58,812 nucleotides of DNA from Elusimicrobiota bacterium (GTDB lineage: Bacteria > Elusimicrobiota > Elusimicrobia > UBA1565). Under the pieces are notes generated by a model. It was given only the letters and a program-made list of their open reading frames with translations. It searched no databases and was not told the origin of the DNA. Shown piece by piece: positions 15,244-25,200 of this stretch (position 1 is its first letter; every line of letters starts with the position of its first letter). Location of the stretch: NCBI GenBank assembly GCA_043819795.1, contig JBDREN010000102.1, forward strand, positions 1 through 58,812, read 5' to 3'. The translations under genes were made by a program, and so were the position numbers.

Positions 15244-17607
15244 ATGCCCAGGGAAACGGATTTCGACATAGTAAAGACGGTCTTCCAGCACCGCCTGGAG
15301 CAGGCCGATGTGCGCCGCATCCTCGCGGAGCTCTCGTCCGGCGACCGCGACGAGCTCGTCAACAAGATGGGCGACCTCTTGGACCGCATCTCGGCCCTGG
15401 TGGAGGTCAACAACAAGGTCTCCGACACCCTCTCGCTGGATGTGCTGCTGCCGAGGCTGATGGAGATCGTCACCGTGGCGCTCCACTCCGACCGCAGCAC
15501 CCTCTTTCTCAACGATCCCGACAGCCGCGAGCTGTTCTCGCGCGTGGCCCAGGGGGACTCCGTCGGCGAGATCCGGTTCCCGAACCGCGCGGGCGTCGCG
15601 GGCTCGGTGTTCACCTCGGGGGAGGCCGTCGTCATCCCGGACGCCTACAAGGACCCGCGCTTCAATCAGGAGGTCGACAAGAAGACCGGCTACCGCACCC
15701 GCAACATCCTCTGCACGCCGCTCAAGCGCAAGGGCAGGGTCATCGGCGTCACGCAGGTGCTCAACAAGCGTGAAGGCGATTTCGACGAGGACGACCTGAC
15801 GCTCCTGGAGGCGCTGACCTCCCAGGCGGCCTCGGCGCTCGAGAACGCCCGGCTCTACGAGAAGGTCGACAAGGCGCGCAAGGAGGAGGCGCAGCTCCTG
15901 GAGGTCTCCAGCGCCATCGCCTCGGAGCTCAACCTCGACACGCTGCTCACGAAGATCATCACCGTCACGACCCAGATGCTGGACGCCGACCGCAGCACGC
16001 TCTTCGTTTTCGACAAGAAGGCCGACCAGCTTTGGTCCCGGGTCGCCCAGGGGCTGGAGTCCAAGGAGATCCGCATCCCCTCATCGGCCGGCATCGCCGG
16101 GTCTTGCTTCACATCCGGCGAGACCATCAATATCCCCGAGGCGTACGAGGATTCGCGTTTCAATCCCGCGGTGGACAATAAGACGGGCTACCGGACCCGC
16201 ACGATCCTGTGCATGCCCGTGATCAATAAGGAGGGCGAGAAGCTGGGCGTCATCCAGGCCCTCAATAGGAGGGGCGGCCCATTCGGCCCCGCGGACGAGA
16301 AGCGCCTGAAGGCTTTTACGGCCCAGGCCGCCATCGCGCTGGAGAACGCCCAACTCTTCGAGGACGTCACCAACGAGCGAAACTACAACGAGAGCATCCT
16401 CAAGAGTTTGTCCAACGGCGTCATCACGCTGGACGTGGAGCGCGCGCTCATCAAGGTCAACGATGCGGCCCTCAAGATACTGAAATGGCGGCGGGAGGAC
16501 GTCGTGGGGCGCTCCGCGGCCGAGGTTTTCTCGGACGAGTCCAACCATTGGGTGCTCGAAAGCTTCGAGAAGGTCGTGAAGAGCGGCAAGGTCGACATCA
16601 CCATGGACGCGGAGGTCAAGCTCGCGGGCGGGGAGAGGGTGTCGGCGAACCTGACGGTCGTGCCCCTCATCGACATCAACGACGAGGCGATCGGCTACAT
16701 GCTGATCATCGAGGACGTCACCTCCGAGAAGCGGATGAAGAGCACGATGGCCCGCTACATGACCAAGGAGATCGCCGACAGGCTCATGGAGGGGGGCGAG
16801 GAGGCGCTCGGGGGCAACGCGCAGGTCGCGTCGGTCCTGTTCTCGGACATACGCAGCTTCACGACGATCTCGGAGGAGCTGGGCGCCCGCAAGACGGTGT
16901 CGATGCTCAACGACTACTTCACCGACATGATCGACGTGATCTTCCATCACAACGGCATCCTCGACAAGTACATCGGGGACGCGATCATGGCGATCTTCGG
17001 CGCCCCGTTCCAGACGGAGAACGACGCGGACAACGCGGTCGGCGCGGCCAACGAGATGATCCGGGCCCTTCGCAAGCTCAACGCCCTGCGCGCCCTGAAG
17101 GACTATCAGGAGATCAAGATCGGGGTGGGCGTGAGCACCGGCGAGTTGGTCGCCGGCAACATCGGCTCCCCCAAGCGCATGGACTATACGGTGATCGGGG
17201 ACACCGTCAACCTCGCCGCCCGGCTCGAGGGCGCCACCAAGTATTACGGCGTGCAGGTGCTGCTCAGCGAGTTCACGATCGAGAGCCTGAAGGCGGCCAC
17301 TCCGTGCCGGGAGCTCGACCTGATCCGCGTCAAGGGCAAGACCAAGCCGGTCTCCGTATTCGAGGCGCTGGGCCACCACAGCGCGGACTCCTTCCCGAGG
17401 ATGACGCAGACGCTGGCGGCATTCGAGAGGGGGCTCAAGCACTACCGGCGCCGGGACTGGCGGCAGGCGTTCTCGGGCTTCCAGGCGGCCCTCGACGCGA
17501 ACCCGAACGACGGGCCCTCAAGGCTGTACCTGGAGCGCTGCCGCCACTACCGGGAGAGCCCCCCGGACGCCTCCTGGGACGGCGTCTGGGTGATGAAGAC
17601 GAAGTAA
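15244..17607 (+). CDS. Class III adenylate cyclase with GAF-GAF-PAS input domains
   Basis: Two GAF domains (AY.D.RFN..VD.KTGYRTR.ILC.P), a PAS domain, and cyclase motifs FSDIRSFT, DKYIGDAIM, DYTVIGDTVNLAARLE. Confidence 0.93.
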   Translation: MPRETDFDIVKTVFQHRLEQADVRRILAELSSGDRDELVNKMGDLLDRISALVEVNNKVSDTLSLDVLLPRLMEIVTVALHSDRSTLFLNDPDSRELFSRVAQGDSVGEIRFPNRAGVAGSVFTSGEAVVIPDAYKDPRFNQEVDKKTGYRTRNILCTPLKRKGRVIGVTQVLNKREGDFDEDDLTLLEALTSQAASALENARLYEKVDKARKEEAQLLEVSSAIASELNLDTLLTKIITVTTQMLDADRSTLFVFDKKADQLWSRVAQGLESKEIRIPSSAGIAGSCFTSGETINIPEAYEDSRFNPAVDNKTGYRTRTILCMPVINKEGEKLGVIQALNRRGGPFGPADEKRLKAFTAQAAIALENAQLFEDVTNERNYNESILKSLSNGVITLDVERALIKVNDAALKILKWRREDVVGRSAAEVFSDESNHWVLESFEKVVKSGKVDITMDAEVKLAGGERVSANLTVVPLIDINDEAIGYMLIIEDVTSEKRMKSTMARYMTKEIADRLMEGGEEALGGNAQVASVLFSDIRSFTTISEELGARKTVSMLNDYFTDMIDVIFHHNGILDKYIGDAIMAIFGAPFQTENDADNAVGAANEMIRALRKLNALRALKDYQEIKIGVGVSTGELVAGNIGSPKRMDYTVIGDTVNLAARLEGATKYYGVQVLLSEFTIESLKAATPCRELDLIRVKGKTKPVSVFEALGHHSADSFPRMTQTLAAFERGLKHYRRRDWRQAFSGFQAALDANPNDGPSRLYLERCRHYRESPPDASWDGVWVMKTK

Positions 17608-17636
17608 TTTATTACAATCCCTTTAGAGAAGTCGCC

Positions 17637-17711
17637 GCGCCCATGGTGAAAGGGATATCACGACAGCCTCCGGAGCTGTAAGTCCAGGTTCGAGTCCTGG
17701 TGGGCGCACCA
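17637..17711 (+). tRNA. tRNA-Arg(CCG)
   Basis: Acceptor GCGCCCA/TGGGCGC, D-arm GTGA/TCAC, anticodon arm ACAGC-CTCCGGA-GCTGT, T-loop GGTTCGAGTCC, encoded CCA. Confidence 0.95.
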
Positions 17712-17779
17712 TCTTCGACGGAGAATAGGCAATAAGCGGGGTGCTGTAAGGGGCTGCCAGGGCCCCTGCCGGGGCCCGG

Positions 17780-17859
17780 TGTGACCGAGGAGCAACGCGG
17801 GCGCAGGCCGCTTCCAGGCGATGGCAGGCCCCGGAAGACTTTTTCCGCGGGCTGCTAGG
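17780..17859. repeat. Decayed MITE/REP-like repeat remnant
   Basis: 17780-17797 is the exact reverse complement of 28791-28808 inside the MITE. It ends in TTTTTCCGCGGGCTGCTAG, and CGGGCTGCTAGGAG recurs at 31381. Confidence 0.5.
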
Positions 17860-17874
17860 AGTCATGCTTCTGCT

Positions 17875-18696
17875 ATGAAGGCCGCAGCACTGCTCTTAGC
17901 CGCGATCCTCCCCGTCTTGGCCCACGCCCACCGCGGCGGCCTCGACAGCCATGGCTGCCACCACAACCGCAAGGCAGGCGGCTACCATTGCCACCGGGGG
18001 CCCCTGAAGGGCCAGGACTTCGCCTCCAAGGCCGAGATGCGCAAAGCGTTGGCCGCGGAAGGCGACTCTGACGATTATTATGGCCGCCTGGCCGACGGAT
18101 GCAAGAAACGCGAAAGCGTCAGCTGCTGCATGGATTCTGTCCGCGGGATGAAAAAGGGAGGCTTCGAGCTGGCTCCCGAGGACGGTTGCCCCGATGGATC
18201 CGCCGGCAACATGCTCAGGTGCATCGACAGCTACAAGTGGTGCGAGCCCCGGGAGGCCCCGAAGGCCACCCAGGAGCCCACCTGGGAGAGCTTTGCCGGG
18301 GAGGTCGTCCGAGTCCATGACGGCGATATTATTGAGGTTATGCGGAAAGGGAAGGCCGTCCGGGTCCGACTCCACGGCATCGACTGTCCCGAGAAGGATC
18401 AGCCTTTCGGTACGGCCGCCAAGAAGTCCATGTCGGAACTGGTGTTCGGCAAGACGGTCCTTGTCGTTGTTTACGATACGGACCACTACGGCAGGCTCGT
18501 CGGCGAGGTATTCAAAGATCACCGGAGCGTCAACGCTGCCTTGGTGGAGGCCGGCCTCGCTTGGTGGTATAGGCGATACGCCCCCGACGACAAGGAGTTA
18601 GGGCGCCTTGAGGCCGAGGCTCGGAAGGAGAAGCGGGGGCTGTGGGCCGAGGAGAAGGCTCTGCCTCCATGGGAGTTCAGATCTAAGGGGCGCTGA
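17875..18696 (+). CDS. Secreted thermonuclease (SNase) with N-terminal YHYH-type and Cys-rich domains
   Basis: HRGGLDSHGCHHNRKAGGYHCH; VVRVHDGD, VRLHGIDCPE, D.YGRLVG, AR..KRGLW. Confidence 0.9.
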   Translation: MKAAALLLAAILPVLAHAHRGGLDSHGCHHNRKAGGYHCHRGPLKGQDFASKAEMRKALAAEGDSDDYYGRLADGCKKRESVSCCMDSVRGMKKGGFELAPEDGCPDGSAGNMLRCIDSYKWCEPREAPKATQEPTWESFAGEVVRVHDGDIIEVMRKGKAVRVRLHGIDCPEKDQPFGTAAKKSMSELVFGKTVLVVVYDTDHYGRLVGEVFKDHRSVNAALVEAGLAWWYRRYAPDDKELGRLEAEARKEKRGLWAEEKALPPWEFRSKGR

Positions 18697-18910
18697 AAAT
18701 CCTTCCGTAAGTGCGACTTTGAAGCGCGACACCTGAGGCATCCGCTATCCGGTGGCTCGCTCCGGAAGCGCGCGGCGCAGGGGTTCGCCGCTAATCGCTC
18801 ACACTCCTAGCGCCGAGGATGGGGCGACCAAGGAGGCGATGCGGAAACACAAGAACGACATTGTGCGTTCTGCTTCTTCTTGCCTGCGCGGCGGGGATGC
18901 CGGATCCGCG

Positions 18911-19279
18911 TCAGGACATCATCTCCTTGGCCCACTGCCACATCTCGTCGAGGTCTCCGGGCTTCCTCATGAAGCGCAGTCTCGGGCCGACGCCCAGCTC
19001 CCCCCTCGTCACTGGATCGTCGAGGGTGCCGCTGTAGATGATGATGGGGATGTCCGAAGTGGATGGGGAATCGCGGAGCACGTGGACCGCCGGGAGGCCC
19101 TCGATGTCGGGCATGGAGAGGTCCATGACGATGAGGTCGGGCTTCTTCTTCTGCACGAGCGCGAAGGCCTCGGCTCCGTCTTCGACCTCGACGACACGGC
19201 ATCGGTGCGACTCGAAGAACTTCCGGAGCATCGTCCGGGTCATCTGCTCGTCTTCGACCAGGAGAACGGTATGGGCCAT
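18911..19279 (-). CDS. Single-domain response regulator (CheY-like)
   Basis: VLLVEDE, PDLIVMDLSMP, IIIYSG, KP. Confidence 0.88.
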   Translation of the reverse strand: MAHTVLLVEDEQMTRTMLRKFFESHRCRVVEVEDGAEAFALVQKKKPDLIVMDLSMPDIEGLPAVHVLRDSPSTSDIPIIIYSGTLDDPVTRGELGVGPRLRFMRKPGDLDEMWQWAKEMMS

Positions 19280-19413
19280 GGCCATAATCGCTGACGCCGC
19301 CTTCAACTACGAAAGCCTCCGGCCCGGCAACACATCGTTGCCGGACCGGAAGCCGAGGGACCAGAGGCGCTATTGCCGCTGGTCCGGGGAGCGGACGTAG
19401 CGGCGCCTAACGC

Positions 19414-19749
19414 TCAGCCGCAGCAACCGCCGCCGCCGCCGCCGTCATCGCCACTGGGAGGCGGCGCGCCGCCACCGGGTTCTTCCTCCGCGGGCGGCTC
19501 TTCTTCCGCGGGCGGCTCTTCTTCCTCGGGCGGTTGCTCGCACGCCGGGTCTTCCGGATTCGCCACACAGTCGACCGGCTCTTGAGGAGGCGGCTCCTCC
19601 TCTGGAGGCGGCTCCTCCTCCGGCGGCGGCTCCTCCTGGGCGTACGCGTTGTCAACGCTGATAAGGAACTGCCTTGGCGATATAGACAGGGCCCCCAGTG
19701 CCAATACCGCGATCAGCACCACTAACAGACGCAGGATGCTCGTTTTCAT
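19414..19749 (-). CDS. Small secreted Glu/Pro-rich protein ending in GGGGGGCCG
   Basis: Signal peptide, EEEPPP repeats, CVANPEDPAC pair; GGGAG RBS upstream. Confidence 0.8.
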   Translation of the reverse strand: MKTSILRLLVVLIAVLALGALSISPRQFLISVDNAYAQEEPPPEEEPPPEEEPPPQEPVDCVANPEDPACEQPPEEEEPPAEEEPPAEEEPGGGAPPPSGDDGGGGGGCCG

Positions 19750-19885
19750 GTATGTCGCTCCCTGTGCTTCCAAGCTACAGCACTTCCACCCTAAGGGTGA
19801 GTCCTTCGGGCCAAATAGCAAGGGCCGAAAGGCCTAGATAGATTAGGCCTAAAGTCCCGTCTTGTCAAGCGTCGCGTCGCGGCGG

Positions 19886-22669
19886 TCACGAGGATCCGGA
19901 TCGGGCGGCCTTGATGAGCTCCTTGACCTTGTTCACGAGCTCCTCCCAGTCGTGGTTGGGCCCGCCGCCCTGGGCGAAGTCTTTGCGTCCGCCGCCCCGG
20001 CCATTCTGGATCTCGGCGATGGCTTTCGCGATGAGGGAGGCGTCGAAGCCCTTCCCCACGAGGTCCTGGGTGACGCCGACCACGAAGGAGAGCCGCTTGT
20101 GCTCGGTGGAGGCGAGGAATACGACTCCGGAGCCCAGCTCGCGCTTGAGCCGGTCGGTCAAAAGCCTGAGGGTCTGCGGCTCCACCTGGTCGAACTTCTG
20201 AACGGCCATCTTGAGCCCGTCGATCTCGAGCAGGACCTGGCCGAGCATGGCCTGCTTGAGCAGCTTCTCGCGCTTGAGCTGCTCGAGCTGCGCGCGGAGC
20301 TTCTTCTCGAGGTCCTTGATCTCGGGCATCACCTTCCGGATGTCGGCGAGCGGCGCCGTCTCCGGATCGGGCAGGTCCTTCAGCATGGGATCGCGGAAGG
20401 GCTTTTCGGTGACGCTCTGGATCTTCGAGGTGACCTCGACGAAGCGGCGGGTCGCCTCCTTGAGGCTTTCGCGAAGCTCCCGCTCCTCCTGCCGCTTGAG
20501 CTCCTCCAGGGCCGGGCCGGCCACGGCCTCGATGCGCCGGATGCCGGCGGCCACCGAGCTCTCCTTCACGATCTTGAAGGTCCGGATCTGTCCGGTGCGC
20601 TCGACGTGGGTGCCGCCGCATAGCTCGAGGCTGAAGCGGTCCATCGGATCGTCCCAGCCCTTCGCCCCGATGAGCAGGAAGCGGGGCTTCTCCCCGTACT
20701 TCTCGCCGAGCAGCGTGATCGGCTTCAGTCTGGCGGCCTCCTCGATCGGCTGCAGCCGGGCCGAGACCGGGATGTCCTTTTCGATCGCCTCGTTCACGAT
20801 GCGCTGGACCTCGGCGATCTCATCCTTCTTGAGCGGCTTGTTGTGGGTGAAGTCGAATCGGAGGCGATCGTGGGCCACGAGCGAGCCGGCCTGGCGCACG
20901 GAGGGGCCGAGCACCCGCCTGAGGGCATGGTTCAAGAGGTGCGTGGCCGTGTGATGGTAGGCCGTGGTCCGGCGCTTGTCGGCGTCCACGCGGGCGCGCA
21001 CGCGCATGTTCGGACGGATCGTCCGGTGGGCCGTGACCCGGTGCACGATGAGGTCCGGGCGCGGCTTCTGCGTGTCATGGACTTCGGCGAGCTTCTTGTC
21101 CTCTTTGATGTCGTCGAGGATGACGCCGCTGTCCCCGATCTGGCCGCCTCCCTCGGGATAGAACGGCGTGCGGGTGAGGATGACCTCGCCTTCGTCGCCG
21201 GGACAGAGCTCCTGTCCGGTCCCTGATAGGAGCTGTTTCCCTTGCTGCGTCTCGCGGTGCCGGATCACGCACGCGATCTGGGTCAGGGCCTCCAGCTTTT
21301 GGAAGCCGACGAACTCGGAGCGCATGCCCGGATTGCGCTGGAGGACCTCATCGTAGACGTCCCCGGAGCTCTCCCCGGAGCCTTTCCAGCCGGCGCGCGC
21401 CTTCTCGACGGCCGCCTCTTGCGCCTTGTCGAAGCCCTCCTGGTCGACCGTCACGCCCCGGCGGACGCATATCTCGCGCGTGAGCTCGAGAGGGAACCCG
21501 TAGGTGTCGTAGAGCTTGAAGGCCTGCTCGCCCGCGAGCGCCTTGGGGTGACGCTCGAGGATGCCCTCGAGTTCCCGCTCGCCCTTCTCGAGCGTCTCGA
21601 GGAAGCGCTCCTCCTCGGCGCGGAGGGTGTCCTCGATCTGGGACCTGGCCTCGGCGAGCTCGGGATAGGGCTTGCGGAAGATCTCGATGGCGCTCGGCGC
21701 GAGGAGATGCAGGAACGGCTCGTTGGCGCCGAGCAGCCGGCCGTAGCGGGACGCCCGGCGGATGAGCCGGCGCAGGACGTAGCCGCGCTCCACGTTGGAG
21801 GGGATGACGCCCTCGAAGGCGAGCATGACGGCGGCCCTGGTATGGTCCGAGATGATGCGGTAGGCGAGCTCCCGCTCCCGTTCCGGGAGCGCCTTGCCGT
21901 CGCCGGACGAGCGCTCCAGGAAGCCCGCGGCCGCGTCCCGGACGGGAGCGAACAGGCTCGTGTGGAAGGGGTCTTTCTTGTCTTCGACGATCATCGCCAG
22001 GCGCTCGAGCCCCATGCCGGTGTCGATGTTCTTCTTGGGAAGGGGAACGAGCCGGCCGTCCTGCTGGCGGTCGAACTGCATGAACACGAGGTTCCAAACC
22101 TCGATGTACCGGTCGCCCTCGCCGCCGATGACGTCCTCGGGGCCGGAGCCTATCTGCGGCCCGAGGTCGTAGTATATCTCCGAGCAGGGGCCGCAGGGGC
22201 CCGTCTCGCCCATGGCCCAGAAGTTGCTCTCCTCCCCGAGTCGTTTGACCAAATTGACCGTCCCCGTCTTGCGCCAGAGCTCCTCCGCCTCGTCGTCGTC
22301 GGTGAATACCGTGGGGTGCAGGCGCTTGGGGTCTAGCCCGGCGACGTTCGTTAGGAAGTCCCAGGCGAAGCGGATGGCGTCCTCCTTGAAGTAGTCTCCG
22401 AACGAGAAGTTGCCGAGCATCTCGAAGAACGTGAGGTGGCGCAGCGTCATCCCGACGCGGTCCACGTCGCTCGTCCGGAAGCACTTCTGGCAGGAGGCGG
22501 CGCGGTCCGTGCCTTTCTTGATGCCCAGGAAGTAGGGCTTGAAGGGAACCATCCCCGCCGCCGTAAAAAGAAGGGACGGGTCGCCCTCGGGTATGAGGGG
22601 GGTCGAGGCGTTGATATGGTGCCCCTTGTGGTCGAAATAGGTCAGGAACTTCTCGCGCAGATCGCTCAC
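19886..22669 (-). CDS. alaS: Alanine--tRNA ligase
   Basis: LLFTAAGMVPFK, TFFEMLGNFSFGDYFK, GPCGPCSEI, IDTGMGLER, TPFY.EGGGQ, HTATH, ELCGGTHV, GRGGGR..FAQGG. Start is probably GTG 22669. Confidence 0.97.
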   Translation of the reverse strand: MSDLREKFLTYFDHKGHHINASTPLIPEGDPSLLFTAAGMVPFKPYFLGIKKGTDRAASCQKCFRTSDVDRVGMTLRHLTFFEMLGNFSFGDYFKEDAIRFAWDFLTNVAGLDPKRLHPTVFTDDDEAEELWRKTGTVNLVKRLGEESNFWAMGETGPCGPCSEIYYDLGPQIGSGPEDVIGGEGDRYIEVWNLVFMQFDRQQDGRLVPLPKKNIDTGMGLERLAMIVEDKKDPFHTSLFAPVRDAAAGFLERSSGDGKALPERERELAYRIISDHTRAAVMLAFEGVIPSNVERGYVLRRLIRRASRYGRLLGANEPFLHLLAPSAIEIFRKPYPELAEARSQIEDTLRAEEERFLETLEKGERELEGILERHPKALAGEQAFKLYDTYGFPLELTREICVRRGVTVDQEGFDKAQEAAVEKARAGWKGSGESSGDVYDEVLQRNPGMRSEFVGFQKLEALTQIACVIRHRETQQGKQLLSGTGQELCPGDEGEVILTRTPFYPEGGGQIGDSGVILDDIKEDKKLAEVHDTQKPRPDLIVHRVTAHRTIRPNMRVRARVDADKRRTTAYHHTATHLLNHALRRVLGPSVRQAGSLVAHDRLRFDFTHNKPLKKDEIAEVQRIVNEAIEKDIPVSARLQPIEEAARLKPITLLGEKYGEKPRFLLIGAKGWDDPMDRFSLELCGGTHVERTGQIRTFKIVKESSVAAGIRRIEAVAGPALEELKRQEERELRESLKEATRRFVEVTSKIQSVTEKPFRDPMLKDLPDPETAPLADIRKVMPEIKDLEKKLRAQLEQLKREKLLKQAMLGQVLLEIDGLKMAVQKFDQVEPQTLRLLTDRLKRELGSGVVFLASTEHKRLSFVVGVTQDLVGKGFDASLIAKAIAEIQNGRGGGRKDFAQGGGPNHDWEELVNKVKELIKAARSGSS

Positions 22670-22835
22670 GCCGGCATTGTAGCAAACGCCGGGCTGGAGG
22701 GTCAGACCCCCGGATTTGATAGAGTGGTGGGCGGCGCGAGGGTCTGACAACCGACTTACTCAACGTAAGGCGTCAGACTCCTGCAGCTAAGTCACTCGAC
22801 ATCGGGCGTCTGATGTGTCGGGGGAGGGTGGATCG

Positions 22836-23858
22836 ATGAGGCGGATCGTCGTGCGTGAGCCGGGCGGCCACGGGGCGCTCGAGCTCATCGAGGAGCCCGA
22901 GCCGGCGCCGGGGCCCGGCCAGGTCCGGGTGCGCGTCCGGGCCGCCGGCGTGAACTACGCCGACTGCCTGGTGCGCATGGGCCTCTACGGGGCGGCCAAA
23001 GGGCGATACCCGCTCACTCCCGGCTTCGAGTTCGCCGGCGTGGTGGACGCGGCGGGCGACGGGGCGGCGGCCTTCCGGAAAGGCGACCGCGTGTTCGGCA
23101 TCACGCGGTTCGGAGGCTACGCCGATTCGATCGTCGCGGGAGAGGATCGCCTGTGGCCCTGTCCCGAGGGCTGGGACTTCCCCGAGTGCGCGGCCTTCCC
23201 CGCGGTATTTCTGACCGCCCACTACGGCCTTTTCCGCGTGGCCAAGATCGAGGCGGGGGAGACCGTTCTCGTCCATTCCGCGGCCGGGGGGGCGGGGACC
23301 GCGCTTCTTCAGCTCGCCGCCGTCGCCGGCTGCCGGGCCGTCGCGGTCGTGGGCGCCGCGCACAAGGCCGCGCTGTGCCGGGAGATGGGGGCGACCGTCG
23401 TCGTCCGTTCCGGAAGCGGATGGTGGGCGGAGGTGGATCGCGCGGCTCCCGGAGGGTTCGACGCGGTGTTCGACGCCAACGGGGTTTCGACGCTCCGTCC
23501 CGGCTATGAGCGTCTGGCGGCCGGAGGCAGGCTCGTGGTCTACGGCTTCGCGGAGATCATGCCGCGCGGACGTGACCGGCCGGGCCGGGCCGCTTTGGCA
23601 TGGAACCGGCTGCGCGTGCCGCGCTTCTCGCCGTTCGAGATGACGTCGGCTAACCGGGCCGTGATGGGCTTCAACGTCGTCTATCTGTTCCACAAGCTCG
23701 ACCTCGCCCGCCGGGCGATGGAAGAGCTTCTCGGATGGGTCAGGCAGGGGAGCATCCGGAAGGTGCCGGTGACGGGCTTCCCCTTGGAGCGCGCGGCGGA
23801 GGCCCACCGGGCCATCGAGTCGGGCCGGACGACAGGCAAGCTCGTGCTTACGGCGTAG
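22836..23858 (+). CDS. MDR-family NAD(P)H quinone oxidoreductase (VAT-1-like)
   Basis: AAGVNYAD, PGFEFAG, VHSAAGGAG, TTGKLVL. Confidence 0.88.
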   Translation: MRRIVVREPGGHGALELIEEPEPAPGPGQVRVRVRAAGVNYADCLVRMGLYGAAKGRYPLTPGFEFAGVVDAAGDGAAAFRKGDRVFGITRFGGYADSIVAGEDRLWPCPEGWDFPECAAFPAVFLTAHYGLFRVAKIEAGETVLVHSAAGGAGTALLQLAAVAGCRAVAVVGAAHKAALCREMGATVVVRSGSGWWAEVDRAAPGGFDAVFDANGVSTLRPGYERLAAGGRLVVYGFAEIMPRGRDRPGRAALAWNRLRVPRFSPFEMTSANRAVMGFNVVYLFHKLDLARRAMEELLGWVRQGSIRKVPVTGFPLERAAEAHRAIESGRTTGKLVLTA

Positions 23859-25200
23859 CGGAGGTGAAGTGGCTCTCCGGGACGCCGCCGGAGACCAGCC
23901 ACTTGCGGAAGATCGCGATGTACTCCGCGTCGGTCCCCGGCTGCCGGAAGTTCTTCCGGTAGCCGCCGATCTTCCAGCGGCCGTCGGGCTCCAGCGTGAC
24001 GTAGAAGACCTGGTCCGGCGAGGCGTTGTCGGGGTCGCGCCCGCTTTTCGCGTCGCGGACGCTCCTTCCATGGAAATTCACGTAGGCGAACGCGCCTGAG
24101 CGAGAGATCTCCTCGACGGACTTCCCCGAGGGCGCCAGGATGTCCTTCCCCATCGAGCGAAGGAAGCTCCCTTGCGCGTTCTCCGGATACCCGTCCGTCA
24201 GGCGCAGGACCCGGTCGCGCTGGAGCAGGCGGGAGAGGACCGAGCGGAGGGTGTCTTTGTCCCGCTCGATGGCCAAAAGCCCCGTGACCTCGCGGTTCTC
24301 CTTGATCAGGCCCTCGACGTGCCGGCTCGTCACCCCGAACTGATCGGCGAGCTCGACGATGACATCCCCGAAATGCCGGAAGCGGGGATCGATCCCGGAG
24401 AGCCGCTCCCGCTTGGCGGCGGCGTCCTCGGGGAAGAGCCGGGCCTCGACCGCCCGCCCGAGCGCCGAGTCCAGGCCGATGCCCTGGTCCTCGAGCGCCA
24501 TCTCGAAAAGCGCCCGCCCCTGCTTCGCGGTGGGCTTCTGTGAGCCCATGATGCTGCGGATGTAGCGCTGGACCGCGGTCGCGGCGCGGTCCATGGCCGG
24601 ATCCGCAAGCGTGGGGCGGGACTGCGCGGCGCTTCCGTCGAATATTCCGGAGCCGACGGAGGCGGCCTTCTCGCCGGCGGCTGGGCCGCTCGCCATCTCC
24701 GAGATCAGGTCGTCGAGCTCCCGGGTCCGCTCCCGTACGCGATTCAGGCCCTCGCGCGTGCTCTCAGAGCCCGCAGCCGGCATGGGGCTCGGCATGCCCT
24801 GGGGATTGACGGCCGCCGCAGCGTTCTTCTCGACGGCCGGCACGGGGCCCGGCATGCCCTGGGGGTCGGCGGCGGGAGCGAGGTTTTTCTCGACGGCCGG
24901 CGCGGGGCCCGGCATGCCCGAGGGACGCAGGGCCGGGCGCGCGTTCGTGCGGATGACCGGCTTCGGGCTCGCGGCGGAGGGGAGGATGGTCCCGTCCAGA
25001 GTCGGGGCGGAGAGATTTAGATCGGCGCCGGGGCCTCCGGACGCGCCCGTGCCCGTGACCGCGGCGCCCGCCGCGCCCGCGCCGCTGCCGACGCCGGGAT
25101 TGAGCTTCGGGACCGCCTTGACCTGGGCAACGGCGGACTGCGCCAGCAAGAGCAGGCACGCGGCCGCCGGCGCCGCAAGACTTCTGAATGCGCGCATCAT
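23848..25200 (-). CDS. Secreted hypothetical protein with 20-aa tandem repeats
   Basis: Signal peptide; about 2.5 copies of PxGMPGPxPAVEKN; coding-like composition. Confidence 0.75.
   Translation of the reverse strand: MMRAFRSLAAPAAACLLLLAQSAVAQVKAVPKLNPGVGSGAGAAGAAVTGTGASGGPGADLNLSAPTLDGTILPSAASPKPVIRTNARPALRPSGMPGPAPAVEKNLAPAADPQGMPGPVPAVEKNAAAAVNPQGMPSPMPAAGSESTREGLNRVRERTRELDDLISEMASGPAAGEKAASVGSGIFDGSAAQSRPTLADPAMDRAATAVQRYIRSIMGSQKPTAKQGRALFEMALEDQGIGLDSALGRAVEARLFPEDAAAKRERLSGIDPRFRHFGDVIVELADQFGVTSRHVEGLIKENREVTGLLAIERDKDTLRSVLSRLLQRDRVLRLTDGYPENAQGSFLRSMGKDILAPSGKSVEEISRSGAFAYVNFHGRSVRDAKSGRDPDNASPDQVFYVTLEPDGRWKIGGYRKNFRQPGTDAEYIAIFRKWLVSGGVPESHFTSATP

Noticed and set aside
17685..17711. 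att duplication of the tRNA-Arg 3' end defining an island
   Set aside because: No second copy was found in the window and there is no adjacent integrase.
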